This document shows, piece after piece, positions 1-17,425 of a DNA stretch of 64,000 nucleotides. Position 1 is the first letter of the stretch; each line of letters begins with the position of its first letter. This stretch comes from the human T2T-CHM13v2.0 reference genome, Homo sapiens: assembly GCF_009914755.1 (NCBI RefSeq), contig NC_060928.1; one strand, written 5' to 3'. A program made the translations under genes and the position numbers. The notes below the pieces were generated by a model, which had not been told where the DNA came from, did no database searches, and saw nothing but the letters and a program-made list of their open reading frames with translations.

Positions 1-590
1 ATTGAGCCACTGCACCTGGTCTGCCTTTGACTCTTCACTGTTTCTCTCTCTTTGATCCAAGGCCCTTGGCCTCACTCTCTGCCCCTCTGTTTCCTCCAAT
101 CACTCAGCCCCTCACTCCTGATCCTCTCCTGACACACATATTCCCCTACTGCACAGGGTCATCTTGAACACAAAATTTACTTCTATTCTAATTTTTTCAG
201 GAGAATCCACCCTTCGGTTTTTGTCCTTTTTTTCCTCAGAAAGCACAGGGTTGTGGAGGGCTTCAGGGAATGTTGACAAAGGTAATGCCAGCATTCTCTG
301 ACATGAAGTTTGAGGGTGGAAGGAAATGTTATAAACTACTACTACACACACACACTTTAAATCTTATGCCATCATTAACATTAAGCATACCAAATCCAGG
401 TACGATATATAGTGTAAACATTTTCATGTTTACAGACCAGAAACCTCATATGTGTAAAAATTATATTTTATATTTCTATGACTAAAATTCAGAGCTCATG
501 ACTCCTACATAAAATAATACAACATTTAAATTTGCTAATTCAAAGTAGCTTGGTTTTAAAATGAGGCACTTTTTCTTTAAAATGCAATCT

Positions 591-1112
591 GGGTTTTCTG
601 TTGGTTTGGGTTTTTTGTTTGTTTGTTTGTTTGTTTGTTTTACATTTAGGGGGTATATGTGCAGGTTTGTTACATGGGTATATCGTGCGATGCTGAGGCT
701 TAGGCTTCTAATGATCCCGTCACCCAAGTAATGAACATACTGCCTGATAGGCAGTTTTTCAGAATTTTCCCCCCCTCCTCCCCTTTTGGAATCCCCAGTG
801 TCTCTTGTCCCCATCCTTTTGTGCGTGTTTACCCATGCACCCAGTGTTCAGCTCCCACTTATAAGTGAGAACATGTAGCGTTTGTTTTTCTGTCTCTGAG
901 TGAATTTACTTAGGATAATCGCCTCCAGCTGCATCCCTGTTGCTGCAAAGGACAGGATTTCATTTTTTTATGGCTGGGTAGTATTCCATGGTACCATATT
1001 TTCTTTATCTTATCTACCATTGGTGGGCATCTAGATGGATTCCATGTCTTTGCTATTGTGAATAGTGCTGTGATAAACATATATATGAGTGGAGGTGTCT
1101 TTTTGGTAGAAC
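591..1112 (-). mobile_element. 5'-truncated old primate L1 3' end (L1PA15-16/L1PB-like) with (TTTG)n-converted tail
   Basis: Reverse complement of an L1 3'UTR (gtgcaggtttgttacatgggta...gctcccacttataagtgagaacatg). ORF 910..1134 gives ORF2 C-terminus-like MFITALFTIAKTWN. Candidate TSD taaaat(g/a)caatct on both sides. Confidence 0.8.
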
Positions 1113-2935
1113 TGTGTATAAAATACAATCTCAATCACTTAAGAAATCTTACCTGCGCTACCCTTTTCCCCTTCTCCCCTTCTGACCAACAGCATGTGAT
1201 TTCGGTGACAGTTTTGCAAACATCAAAATTGAGGAGGCAGGTAGAGAGGTGAACATCTCCAGTCACTTTGCCAGCTACTCATGAGGGTTAACTCACTCTG
1301 GCACGGATGAGTGACACCAGCACCCACCAAAGCATTCAACCACTTTTCCACATTGTCCTCCAGCTAATCCACACACTTCTCACCAAAGACCACCACCACC
1401 GTCTGCTCATAGCCTTCTCAGGAGAGCACAGGAAGCCCTCAAGTGTCCTTCCTCACCTATTGGGAACTCAGGCAGATTCGGGGCTGACAAAGGCCCTGTG
1501 TCTAGCTCACCCATTCACCATCGCCTCCCTCACTTCAAGACCCTGCTTCTCCTAGAGATGTGCCCTTTCTTTGAGCTGGACATTAGGATTTGAGACAAGA
1601 ATCACTTCTGCTTAGGCAGTCCCCCAAATTCTCTTAGCAGTTTCCACCTTCTCCCTTCCCCTACAGAGTTTTAATACCAAAGGGACAGGGTGCTTCCTTC
1701 TCACATTTCACTCTCAGCAGGTTCAGGAAAACTGCTTCGAGGGCATCACACATGCTTAACCCTTAACTCTCTAGAGGTTGTGGAAAGACTGGATGTTCTG
1801 TGTCCTTCGTTACTGGGTCTTAATGTTCAAGACCAATATGGTAGAATCTAACAAGTAAATAAAAAGAAAGAAAAAATATTATCTCTCTCAAGCACCTGTC
1901 TTTTGCCATTGAAAGCCATGACTCTAAAGCTTTGGAATTTAAAGCCAAGAAGGTGAGGACTCAGGAAAGTTTTTTTGTGCTCTACCTTCCCTGAGCAATA
2001 AAGTACAGTCTAAATTTCTAGTTTTAGTGGTGGAAGAGTAAAAAAGGAATAACCATGAAGGAAGCATAAATGGACATTACCCTAAAATCAGTAATTATAA
2101 ACACAAAGCCACAGTAATTAGAAATAATCATTATAACGAAATACCTTAGTAAGAGATGCACTTTTTATTTGCAAATCATATCATATCAAATTTTTAGCTA
2201 TTTCCCAACACTGTATAATAGACACAAGTGAATATGCATATTTACCCTTACTCTCAAGAAACTTCTATAGGAGAATTGGAATTTTCAAAACTTGCCTAAT
2301 GATAGATAGGGTTAGTCTACCTTCATTTGGTCGTTTATTTTTTAAGTCACACACAAAAAGTGTGCTTATCCTATTTGGATTCTAACTCAAATATCTTGGC
2401 TCAAAATTCTGTACTCTTTCTGATACCAATTTTCCCTACTTTTCTATTTTTCTATTCTGTTGCCCACAATGGTTCCTCATATTTCACTTACACCTGCCTT
2501 TCATGTAACTTTTATTTTTAATCTCTTTTCCCTACACTTTTCTATATGCTTTTTTTCCTATTGCTTTAATCAACACTAATCACAATATTATAGATGAAAA
2601 CATCAATGTATAAAAATATTATTCAAAGCGTGAAAAATCCCAAATCATTAGGCATATTTATTAAATTTCTCCCACAAATTCTTTCTGATGCAATGTCTAA
2701 AACAATAGAATGTGTAATAAATAATTGGAAGGAGTAAGGAATAGTCTCACATGACAATCTTACCCCCTAGAAACTACTCGATCACGTTCTTCTCTAATTA
2801 GTCTCCCAGGGACCTACACCACTTTTAAATTTATTCTGGGGAAATTGTGGCAGATTTTTAATGTATATTATAATGTGCTTTATTCCATGTACTTAGATAC
2901 ACAAAGTGTTCTAGATCAATGTTATGATATTCTGA

Positions 2936-3246
<311 letters not shown>

Positions 3247-3534
3247 TAATAGGAATTATTTACATTGCTAAAGTTATAGGTAAGAGTCATTAAATTGTTG
3301 ATGTTTTGGTTAAATGATAAGCACTCATAAATGTTGTCTGATTATATCCTCACATGAACCCTGAAAGGTAATGTTTTCTCACCTTTCCAGAATGAAGAGA
3401 GAAATTTAGAAATTTGTCAATGTCACGGGCACATCAATGCTTAGTCCAGAACTCGAACTCAAGCTTATCTGATTCCCAAGCCTGAGTTTTTTCACTCACA
3501 TACAAACACCAAAATCATGTCCTCTCTCATTTTT

Positions 3535-3718
3535 ATTATTATTATTATATATTATTACCTATATTATTACCTATAATAAGTAATTTTTATTACATATAAT
3601 AATAAAATAATTTATATTGTTATATTAATATATTACATAAAAATATTACTATTATAGATAATATAAAATTATTTATAATTATATAATATTTTATCATTTA
3701 TTATATCTCATTTTATAA
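3535..3718. repeat. AT-rich low-complexity tract
   Basis: Almost entirely A/T with degenerate (TAT/ATA)n units. Confidence 0.85.
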
Positions 3719-4051
3719 AACGAGAATTCCTATTCCCATTAACAGGTGAACAAGCTAGCCAAGCAAGTTGAACTGGTTGCAGATTTACCCTGTTTTATTT
3801 CCCAGGGAGAGGAGAGAAGGGCACTGCAAGGACAGGTACAGCATGCGCAAGGTCATGGAGACAGGAAAGGACATGGCAGGCTCAGAACATGATGAGAACT
3901 CTGGGGTAGTTTAAGAGGAGGGCTGAAGCAGATGCTTGGAGATGAAGTTAGAGAGGATCACCAGAACCAGATCATGAAGGTCTTTGTAAGCCATGTGCCA
4001 GAGTTAGGATGGTAATATATTAGTAATTCAAATCGAGGTTTTGTACAAAAT

Positions 4052-4336
4052 GGAAGTAACCCAGGCAAATTACCAAAAATGGACTAAAATGTGAGAAACT
4101 GAAAGCAATCCTTAGAGAGGGCGTGGCCATTGCACTTGAGTCACTGGAAAGATACAGGCTATGATCAAGTCGAATCAGCTACTGGTTTTCACAAGGAAGT
4201 AACTCAGGCAAATTACCAAAAATGGACTAAAATGTGAGAAACTGAAAGCAATCCTTAGAGAGGGCATGGCCATTGCACTTGAGTCACTGGAAAGATACAG
4301 GCTATGACCAAGTCAAATTAGAGACTGGTTTTCACA
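4052..4336. repeat. Tandem duplication, 2 x ~143 bp
   Basis: ggaagtaac...ctggttttcaca occurs at 4052-4193 and again at 4195-4336 with about 7 substitutions. Confidence 0.92.
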
Positions 4337-5701
4337 TTGTTTTCCTGGGACCTTAATACATTTTTAAAATATTTTCTCCCTATTCCTATCTATAAAATAC
4401 ACAAAATATGTGTGGAACACACTACAGAATGTTTGTTGAATACCCTGACTGTGATAGGACCGGCCTTTTTGATATTGCACTCCATAAATATCCAACTATT
4501 ATCTCTATTTCTCATTCTTAAGAGTTTGATCTAGTCTGCGTTGTGTTTTCCACACTTCCTATTTCCCTTGTGTTATTTTCCAACTCACTATTTTCTTTAA
4601 CTCTGGAAAGCCCTCTGATCCAGTTTACAAATAAGGCAATAAATAAAACATAACAGAAAACATTAACAAAGTCTCATACTATAATGGACAATAGATGGAC
4701 AAAGTGCTTATACACGGTTATTTGAATCAAATGGAATGAACCCATTATCTGGAAGTACATACAATCTGTACTCTTTAATCAATCAGTAACTTTGCAACAC
4801 AAAGGTTGTTACTCAGAAAGTATCAATCAACAGATTTAAGAGATTTTATTCAGCAACTATAACCTCACAGCAGTAGAAAACAGCACATAGACAAATAATT
4901 TAAAATATTGTGTTTATAGGACCGAGGCCTAATACCTGTAAGAATATAATTTTACTCTCTCTATTTTAATATATTTACATTTTAATCAATAGTACTACCC
5001 ATGATATGTTTAATGCATGGGTGTAAATTCATTACTTTTTCTCATTTGTATTTTCCTTTATAAAGGACACCTTAAGAGTATGATGAAACAGTGCTGAAAG
5101 TTTAAGGTGTATTATGGGAAATGCGTCAATCAGAGATAACTTCAATATCCTTAGCAGACTTTTAATTTCCCTAAGAATTGCAGAACCATAGTCATGCTAT
5201 CTAGAGAAATAGCTTGCTCAGAACATCTTTAAAATAAGAATACATTCAATCATTCTTGCAGGTAATTATTAACCCAAGTATTGAACTGTAAGAGATACCT
5301 GACTTAAAATAGGCTCTTTTTGCAAATACTGTATACAGTATGAGCAAATCATTGCTAATGCCTTCTAACATGACTAGAAATATTATAAATACAGGTCATG
5401 GAAAATTATAGTTTTAATACACATATGAAAAGATTAGTGGTTTGCCTTCAACTGAACAAAGTCATATTCTTCCACTGGATAAATTATTTTCTGGCATAAA
5501 TTAGATGCATATTTGGAAACTCATATTAACTGTTTCAAAATAACATAGCCAGGAAATCATATACACTTTGGAGTTGCAATATTGTTGTACTAGATAGCGT
5601 TTACACTTATGAGCTGAAAGAATTCCATACTCATGGAATGCACAAAGTTTTGTTTACTGTTTCCAAAAAAAGTGACTTCTATGCCAATTTGTCAATTTAT
5701 A

Positions 5702-5763
5702 TTAGGTTTGGTGCAAAAGTAATTGCGGTTTTTGACAACGCAATTACTTTTGCACCAACCTAA
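5702..5763. mobile_element. MADE1 (Hsmar1 mariner-derived MITE), internally deleted
   Basis: ttaggtttggtgcaaaagtaattgcg...cgcaattacttttgcaccaacctaa matches the MADE1 terminal inverted repeats; perfect 20-bp stem. Confidence 0.92.
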
Positions 5764-6329
5764 AAGAAACCTAGCTAAACTAGAAAAACAGGTTTGTTCA
5801 TTTGATTAACATAGATATATGCTCTAGAATCTAAATCTAAAATCCAACCTCTCTTTAGGATTTTTACCAATATTTGATGACAAACTACAGCTGTGGGGAA
5901 TATAGCATTATCCCCACCACTGTGTTTACTGGTGAGCTAGTCCTCATTTGAAATATTTCTCTTCTTATCTCTCTTTCCTTAACTATCTCTTCCTTTCATC
6001 CTTTCCTTCCCTTGTCCCCCCAAAAAACAACTAAATTTTCTTAATCTAGTTGTTTCACAGACAAAATCTGTAGTCCCTAGAGTGTCTATGAGGTAGGTAA
6101 AGGGCTTATGTCCTTTGAGAAAACAGGGTCTTGGTGGAAGACTATGTTAACATCAGGCCCGAAGTGCCCTTGGGGGATAGTTACAGAAATTGGGTCTTAC
6201 CTAGCTGACAACAGAGTCTGGAGAAAAGAACTACTTCCTGTATGCATTAAAGAGAACTTCACGACACCATTATCTTAAAATACTCTTCTAAGTATTTCGG
6301 ACACACAGACAATTATTCATTCTTCCTTT

Positions 6330-7130
6330 CCTTCAACTAATTTTGTTTTACTTCCTACAATATGCCAAGCACCAATACAGGCATCAGAAATAAATGATGG
6401 ACAACTCCAGAAAGATCCCTCACCTATGGGAATTTATAATCTGGTGGTGATATTTAAATAACAAAAAGTAAACTAATAAACAAGCTATCTCAAAGAGTAG
6501 TAAGTATTGTGAAGAAGGAAAATGTAGTGGAATAGGATAGTAACTAGCAAGGAATTTAAAGGGATAGAGGGATAGATAGAGGGATCCCAAGCAATCTTCC
6601 TGAGGGAGGGATACTTATGCTGAGGCTTGAAGAATGAGGAACAGCCAGGCTTGTAATGATCTGAGGAAAGAACAATGCAGGCACTCAGATAGGTGGAACA
6701 GCCAACTCAAGACTCTAAAGTCAGACCAAACCTAGCACATCAAGAGAGGACAGTGTTTGTAGGTCAAATTAAGTGAGGGAAGAAATGTGGAAAGAAACCA
6801 AGTTGGTGAATAGGTTTGGCCCATTTATGTAAGGTAAAAGGTAAAGGTTAAAAGTTTGGATTTTATTCCAAGAACAATGGCATGTCAGTAGAAGTTTTAG
6901 AAGAGGACACATTAATGATCTACTTTAATTTTGAAAGATCCCTCTGGCTGCTGTGTGGAGAACAGGATGAAAAGAGGCAGGCGTGGAAGCAGGAAGTCCA
7001 AGTGAGAGACAGCTGCAATTAGACACGATGGCTCGCACTCTGGGGAAAGAAGCAGAGATGAGAAGTTGACTCATTTCAGATAGTCAAGTGCTGAAGGATT
7101 GCAAGTGGGAGGTGATGGGCTGAGAAAAGA
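6330..7130 (-). mobile_element. L2 LINE fragment (degenerate)
   Basis: Purine-rich tract with L2-typical motifs (gatccctctggctgctgtgtggagaa, gagctgaggcttgaagaatgagga-like). Boundaries approximate. Confidence 0.55.
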
Positions 7131-7221
7131 ATTCTTTATTCCTAAAAGATGAGAGAATGCAAAATGAATTGTGAGTCAGAGAGAAGCCAAAGGCATTTTT
7201 TTTGTGGGGAGAAAGAATAGG

Positions 7222-7550
<329 letters not shown>

Positions 7551-7880
7551 CTATGAAATAATTCAATTCTAAAAGAAGGGTGCTTCCTTACACGTTCCAC
7601 AGATGTGCATCCAACCCATGTATTGTTCTAATGAGATGAGTACAGATAGGCAGGTGAGCAAGGGCCATTCAAAACACGCCCAGGTGGCAACAGCAATAAG
7701 AGAGTATGATGGAAGAGGGACAAAATGAGTCCTTCCTCACTACTTAACCCAGTGACCTGAATTAGCAACCACCTCCCATCATGGGAAGCATTACACTGAG
7801 ATGGCATCGTGGACAGAAAGAGGAAGTTAGGCAGTGGCAACAGAAACTACTTGCTCTGTTCATTAAAAGATAAACTGGAA

Positions 7881-8190
7881 TGAAGCTGGAAACCATCATT
7901 CTCAGCAAACTATCGCAAGGACAAAAAACCAAACACCACGTGTTCTCACTCATAGGTGGGAATTGAACAATGAGAACACATGGACACAGGAAGGGGAACA
8001 TCACACACCGGGGACTATTGTGGAGTCGGGGGAGGGGGAAGGGATAGCATTAGGAGATATACCTAATGTTAAATGACGAGTTAATGGGTGCAGCACACCA
8101 CATGGCACACTTATACATATGTAACAAACCTGCATGTTGTGCACATGTACCCTAAAACTTAAAGTATAATAATAATAAAATTTAAAAAAA
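7881..8190 (+). mobile_element. 5'-truncated L1PA (PA4-like) 3' end
   Basis: L1 3'UTR tgaagctggaaaccatcattctcagc...taaaacttaaagtataat followed by an A tail. TSD aaaga(t/c)aaactggaa ends at 7880 and recurs at 8191-8205. Confidence 0.92.
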
Positions 8191-8762
8191 AAAGACAAAC
8201 TGGAAAGGTTTGGAGATGAGGGTGCTCCACAAAAGATGAAGAGTATTAACTAGTTCCTGGTAGACATTTATAATAAAAGAAAAAAGGCATATGTAATACC
8301 TGCTTGATATCAGAGAAGGTCTTAGCATCAAATTAGACCACATGTGCTGCTTAGCATTTCAGATAGTGTTTGGCCCATGGTGCTTACAATTTCATGGATT
8401 GATGATTGATTGGATGGTGTGGAATCTAGGAAGTATATTTTTAGTACAGTCATTAGTTACAATAGAGCTAACCGTGTCCAGTAAAACCTTGTCTCAGACT
8501 CTAACAGCCTCTAAATGCCTTTGAAATTGTCCTTTTGGCTAAAGATGGAAAAAAAATCACAGATTTCAAGTCATAAACACACAGGTGGAGTGGAATGAAG
8601 TATCTGGAAATACCTTAACCTGGAAGTTAAGAGCAGTGGGTTTAGAAAAAAGGGAAATTGTCATCTAATACTGAGACTTCTGTGAAAGGTAACAATGAGG
8701 AGATTTTGTACATCCATTAATTTTATCTGCTCATACCAAACAACCTGGCAGGGGGTAGTTAC

Positions 8763-9349
8763 TGTTAGCAGAAAGGGGTCCCGATCTAGACCCCAATATA
8801 GGGTTCTTGCATCTCACGCAAGAAAGAATTTGGGGCGAGTCCATAAAGTGAAAGCAAGTTTATTAAGAAAGCAAAGGAAGAAAGAATGGCTACTCCATAG
8901 GCAGAGCAGCGGCATGGGCTGCTCAGCAGCTTATACTTATTTCTTGATTCTATGCTAGACAAAGGGTGGATTACTCATGAGTTTTCTGGGAAAGGGGCAG
9001 GCAATTCCCAAAACTGAAGTTCTTCCCCTTTTGGGACCATATAGGGTAACTGACATTGCCATGGCGCCTGTAAACTGTCATGCACTGGTGGGAATATCTT
9101 TTAGCAATCTAATACATTATAATTAGCATATAATGAGCAGTGAGAAGCCAGAGGTCACTCTTGTCACCATCTTGGTTTTGGAAGGTTTTGGCTGGCTTCT
9201 GTACCGCAACCTGTTTTATCAGCAAGGTCTTTATGACCTGTATCTTGTACCAACCTCCTATCTCATCCTGTGACTAAGAATGCCTAACCTCCTGGGAATG
9301 CAGCCTACTAGATCTCCACCTTATTTTACCAACCCCAATGCCTCTGACA
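8763..9349 (-). mobile_element. MER41 (MER41B-like) ERV1 solo LTR
   Basis: TG...CA termini (tgttagcagaaaggggtcccgatc ... gcctctgaca, the reverse complement of the MER41 start TGTCAGAGGC). 4-bp TSD TTAC on both sides. Confidence 0.85.
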
Positions 9350-10039
9350 TTACTAATTCTCATGTTCCAGAAGAAGAAACTGAAGTTCAAGAAAGCTGTA
9401 CAAAGCCCACAGCGCACATCTGGGAATGTCTAAGAATGACCCTCCCTGCCCCGCAGCAGCCACACCTTAGCCTGTGCTGTAAACATGCCGTACAGGTGTG
9501 GGGAGCACACACTAGGGATGGCTGTTGTCTGACATTGTGGCAATTCCAAAAAAAGGCAAAAGCAGGAAAACACACTATTCAACTTTAAATAAGCCTCTTT
9601 GATTTTGCTGAATAATAAGTAGTTGTATGGAAATGCATTAAAATTAAACTTACCGGCAAGTAGATGTCATTAACAATATAATAGCCACCATGGCAATCCT
9701 AAAAAAAAGAAGCAGTGGCCACTTTTCTGTAGTCTGTAGACAGCAGTCAGCCAACAGTCACTGCCCTGGGCTGCCCTTGATGGCATTCAGAGTCATGCTT
9801 TTTGTTATTTTCCCACAAAAGGTTAGATCCCCGCTATGCATCATGTCCAGAAAAACCTTGTCAAACTCTCAAAGTCTCTAAATGCCTTTGAAATTGTCCT
9901 TTTGGTTAAAGATGGAAGAAAAAATCACAGATTCCAAGTTATAAATACACAGGAGAAGTGGAATTAAAATCTCATAAATAATATTACTGGCAATTAAAAT
10001 TCTTTGTGACTTATACCCAGAATTCTCAGAGAGCTTCAT

Positions 10040-10040
<1 letters not shown>

Positions 10041-10086
<46 letters not shown>
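10041..10086. repeat. (CA)23 microsatellite
   Basis: Uninterrupted CA dinucleotide run. Confidence 0.97.
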
Positions 10087-10088
<2 letters not shown>

Positions 10089-10524
10089 GTCCAGGGTAAT
10101 TTCATATTTACTCAAAAACTGTATGAGTATATGCCCAAATTCTAGGTAGAGGGGGAGTCATATATTCTAAAAATAGTGGAAATTTTAAAACTTGGAAACT
10201 ATTTCAGCTCCAAGTTTAAAATATAAAAATATTTCCTAAACTTATTTTTTAAAAACACTTTATTTTGAAAAATTTCAAACATACACAAAAATTACAAAAG
10301 TAGTATAATCATACCCATACACCTTTCACCTGGATTCACTCATAGTTAACACTTTTCCCCATTTACTTTATCTCCTTCACCAAACATACATATATATTTT
10401 TTCTTGCTGAATCATTTGAGACTCACTGACGACATTATGACCCTTCGCAAGCACTTGAGCATGTATCTCCAAAGAGTTACAGTCTCTTAGCCCCCATACA
10501 ATTACTAAATACAATTAACATTGA

Positions 10525-10971
<447 letters not shown>

Positions 10972-11545
10972 CAGAATGATGCTTTTCTAATCCAGGCTCC
11001 AATCCAGGATCACACATTGCATTCAGCGGCCGCAGCTGTATAATCTTTTATCAGGAAACAATGACATTGTGAGATTTGAAGAATATGGACAAGTTGTTCC
11101 ATAGAATATTCTTCAATTCAGGTGTGTCTGATGCAAGCATACTTGTATATACCTACAGTAGGCCTTTTGCAAACCCAAGACTGTTACAAAACTTACCATA
11201 AAAATACAGCAAGGAAAGAAAGCTACATGTTATGTTCAGGGACTGGTCTCCTGTTAAAGTGCCTCCTTAGATTTGCATCAATTTTTCTTTAAAATTATGA
11301 CTCACAGGACTTCCTGCTTTTGTATCTGCCTTGTTCCTCTAATTGTTGTCAGCCAGTCTTCAAACAAAAACATCACATTTATCTATCCTGACTAACTTTC
11401 CAAGTCATTTCGAAAGCCATAACCCTAAACCCCACACCTTGCCTTCACCTTTTGGCAATCATTGCAGAGTTCCTTTACTTAATTTCAGTTCTTTTGCTCC
11501 TTTCCATAGTAGAGAGTCTGTATTGCTATTTTCATCAGTTCCTTC

Positions 11546-12352
11546 TGTATCAGTTAGAAAGGCATCATAGGTGCAAAAAACAGAAGGACCAAGCAACAGT
11601 GACTTAAACAAATAAGAACTTAAGAATCTTTTTTTCACATAAAGTCCATATGGACAGTAAGAGGGGAACTACAGACACTGGGGCCTACTTGAGGGTGGAG
11701 GGTGGGAGGAGGGAGAGGAGCAGAAAAAAATAACTATTGGGTATTAGGTTTAGTAACTGGGTAACAAAATAATCTGAAAACAAACCCCCATGACATGAGT
11801 TTACTTATATAATAAACCTGAACATGTACCCCTGAACCTAAAATAAGTTTAACACACACACACATGCACACACTCCAGAAGTAAGTGCTTGCTGGCATTG
11901 CGGCAGCTATTCAGCCATGCCCTGAGGCTCCTAGGTTCTTCCTACCTTTCCTGTTCCTCCATTCTTCAGGCACTGGTTTTTATGTTACATTGACTCCTAA
12001 TAGATGGAAAGATGGCTACTGTCACTCCAGACATCAAGTTCATGTTCAAAGCAGGAAGAAGGGGAAGAGTGATGTAAAGCTGGATTTTCCTCCAGTTACC
12101 AGGAAAGCAATGGCTTTTCCAAAAATTTCCCAAGAAGATTTCTAGTTTTTAGGTCTCATGGTCAGAATTGGGTCACACAGTCCCACCTCGCTGCCAAGGA
12201 AACAGGGAAAGCCAGAAACAGGAGTCACCTTATTGCTTGGGGCAGTCACCTCATCTAATGGTGCAGAACACAGTGTCTCCACAAACAAGATGGGGATTGT
12301 GTTAACAGAGGAAGATGGGAAATAGAGAATCGGTAGCAACCAACAGTTTCCC
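11546..12352 (-). mobile_element. Old ERVL LTR (LTR33-like), interrupted by an L1 3' fragment at ~11652-11850
   Basis: Begins tgtatcagttag...acagtgacttaaacaaataag, typical of reversed LTR33. The internal + strand piece is an L1 3'UTR (actggggcctacttgagggtggagggtgggaggaggg...tacccctgaacctaaaataa). Confidence 0.6.
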
Positions 12353-13397
12353 TGAGCCCTCCCAGTCAGTATTTATATTTATTTATTCCCCACTTCTCTA
12401 TTCCATTTCATATTTCTTCTCAGTTTTTCTTCATTTATCTTCTCTCCCTAGTACTTCCTCCTGAAGAATGAACTTTCAAACTTTTTTATTAACACTCCAT
12501 CTCCCACCTAGAATCAAATAGTATTACAACAGCTGGTACTGCCTCTTCCTTCGACACAGAAGAAAACCTAAAATCCAGTAAGACAGAGTGGCATGCCAAA
12601 TTTGCCCATCAATTTATTGGCACATTCAAGAATAAAGCAAAACTCTACTGAATATCGATATAGTAGTATCTGCCTCTGAGGATTCTTGGTGCATATTTTT
12701 GCATTCTGCCATGTTTCGTCCATTTTGCCCCTACCTTGGGCATTTAAATATAAAGATTCCCATGAGATCGGATCAATTCAGCTGTTTATTTCTAGAAATG
12801 TCTATAAAGAGAAGAACTAACAAGAGAACCATCTTTTTATTTTTTTAATTTACTTCCTAAATATAAATGAAGGAGAATCTAGAACCACTGTCTTCATTGG
12901 AAATCATTGTTCCAAATGAACCGCAAGTCTGAGTTTATAAAGCTGCCATCTCCAATATGTCTGTTGAGAAATATGTCTATTTACATACATCATGTTTGTT
13001 TCTGACCTTGTGGGACAATAACTTGGAATGCCCTGAGCAACAAAAACATAAAACACTCTGATGAGACAGCATCTCATCCTTGCACTGAAGGATTTCAAAA
13101 GAGGGACAGATCACCCAGAATGGACATGGTCATAGAGGAAGTAAGTTAGAAGCTATAATTGACCTTCATCTTTTTTTTTTAATTTTATTTTATTATTATA
13201 CTTTAAGTTTTAGGGTACATGTGCACAATGTGCAGGTTTGTTACATATGTATACATGTGCCATGTTGGTGTGCTGCACCCATTAACTGGTCATTTACATT
13301 AGGTATATACCCTAATGCTATCCCTCCCCCTACCCCTACCCCCCAACAGTCCCTGGAGTGTGATGTTCCCCTTCCTGTGTCCAAGTGTTCTTATTGT

Positions 13398-17224
<3,827 letters not shown>

Positions 17225-17425
17225 TATGATGTTAGCTGGTTATTTTGCTCGTTAGTTGATGCAGTTTCTTCCTAGCCTTGATGGTCTTTACATTTTGGCA
17301 TGGTTTTGCAGTGGCTGGTACTGGTTGTTCCTTTCCTTGTTTAGTGCTTCCTTCAGGAGCTCTTTTAGGGCAGGCCTGGTGGTGACAAAATCTCTCAACA
17401 TTTGCTTGTCTGTAAAGGATTTTAT

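Noticed and set aside
5702-5763. Hairpin as an intrinsic terminator or tRNA-like gene
   Set aside because: Eukaryotic intron; the sequence is fully explained by MADE1 terminal inverted repeats.
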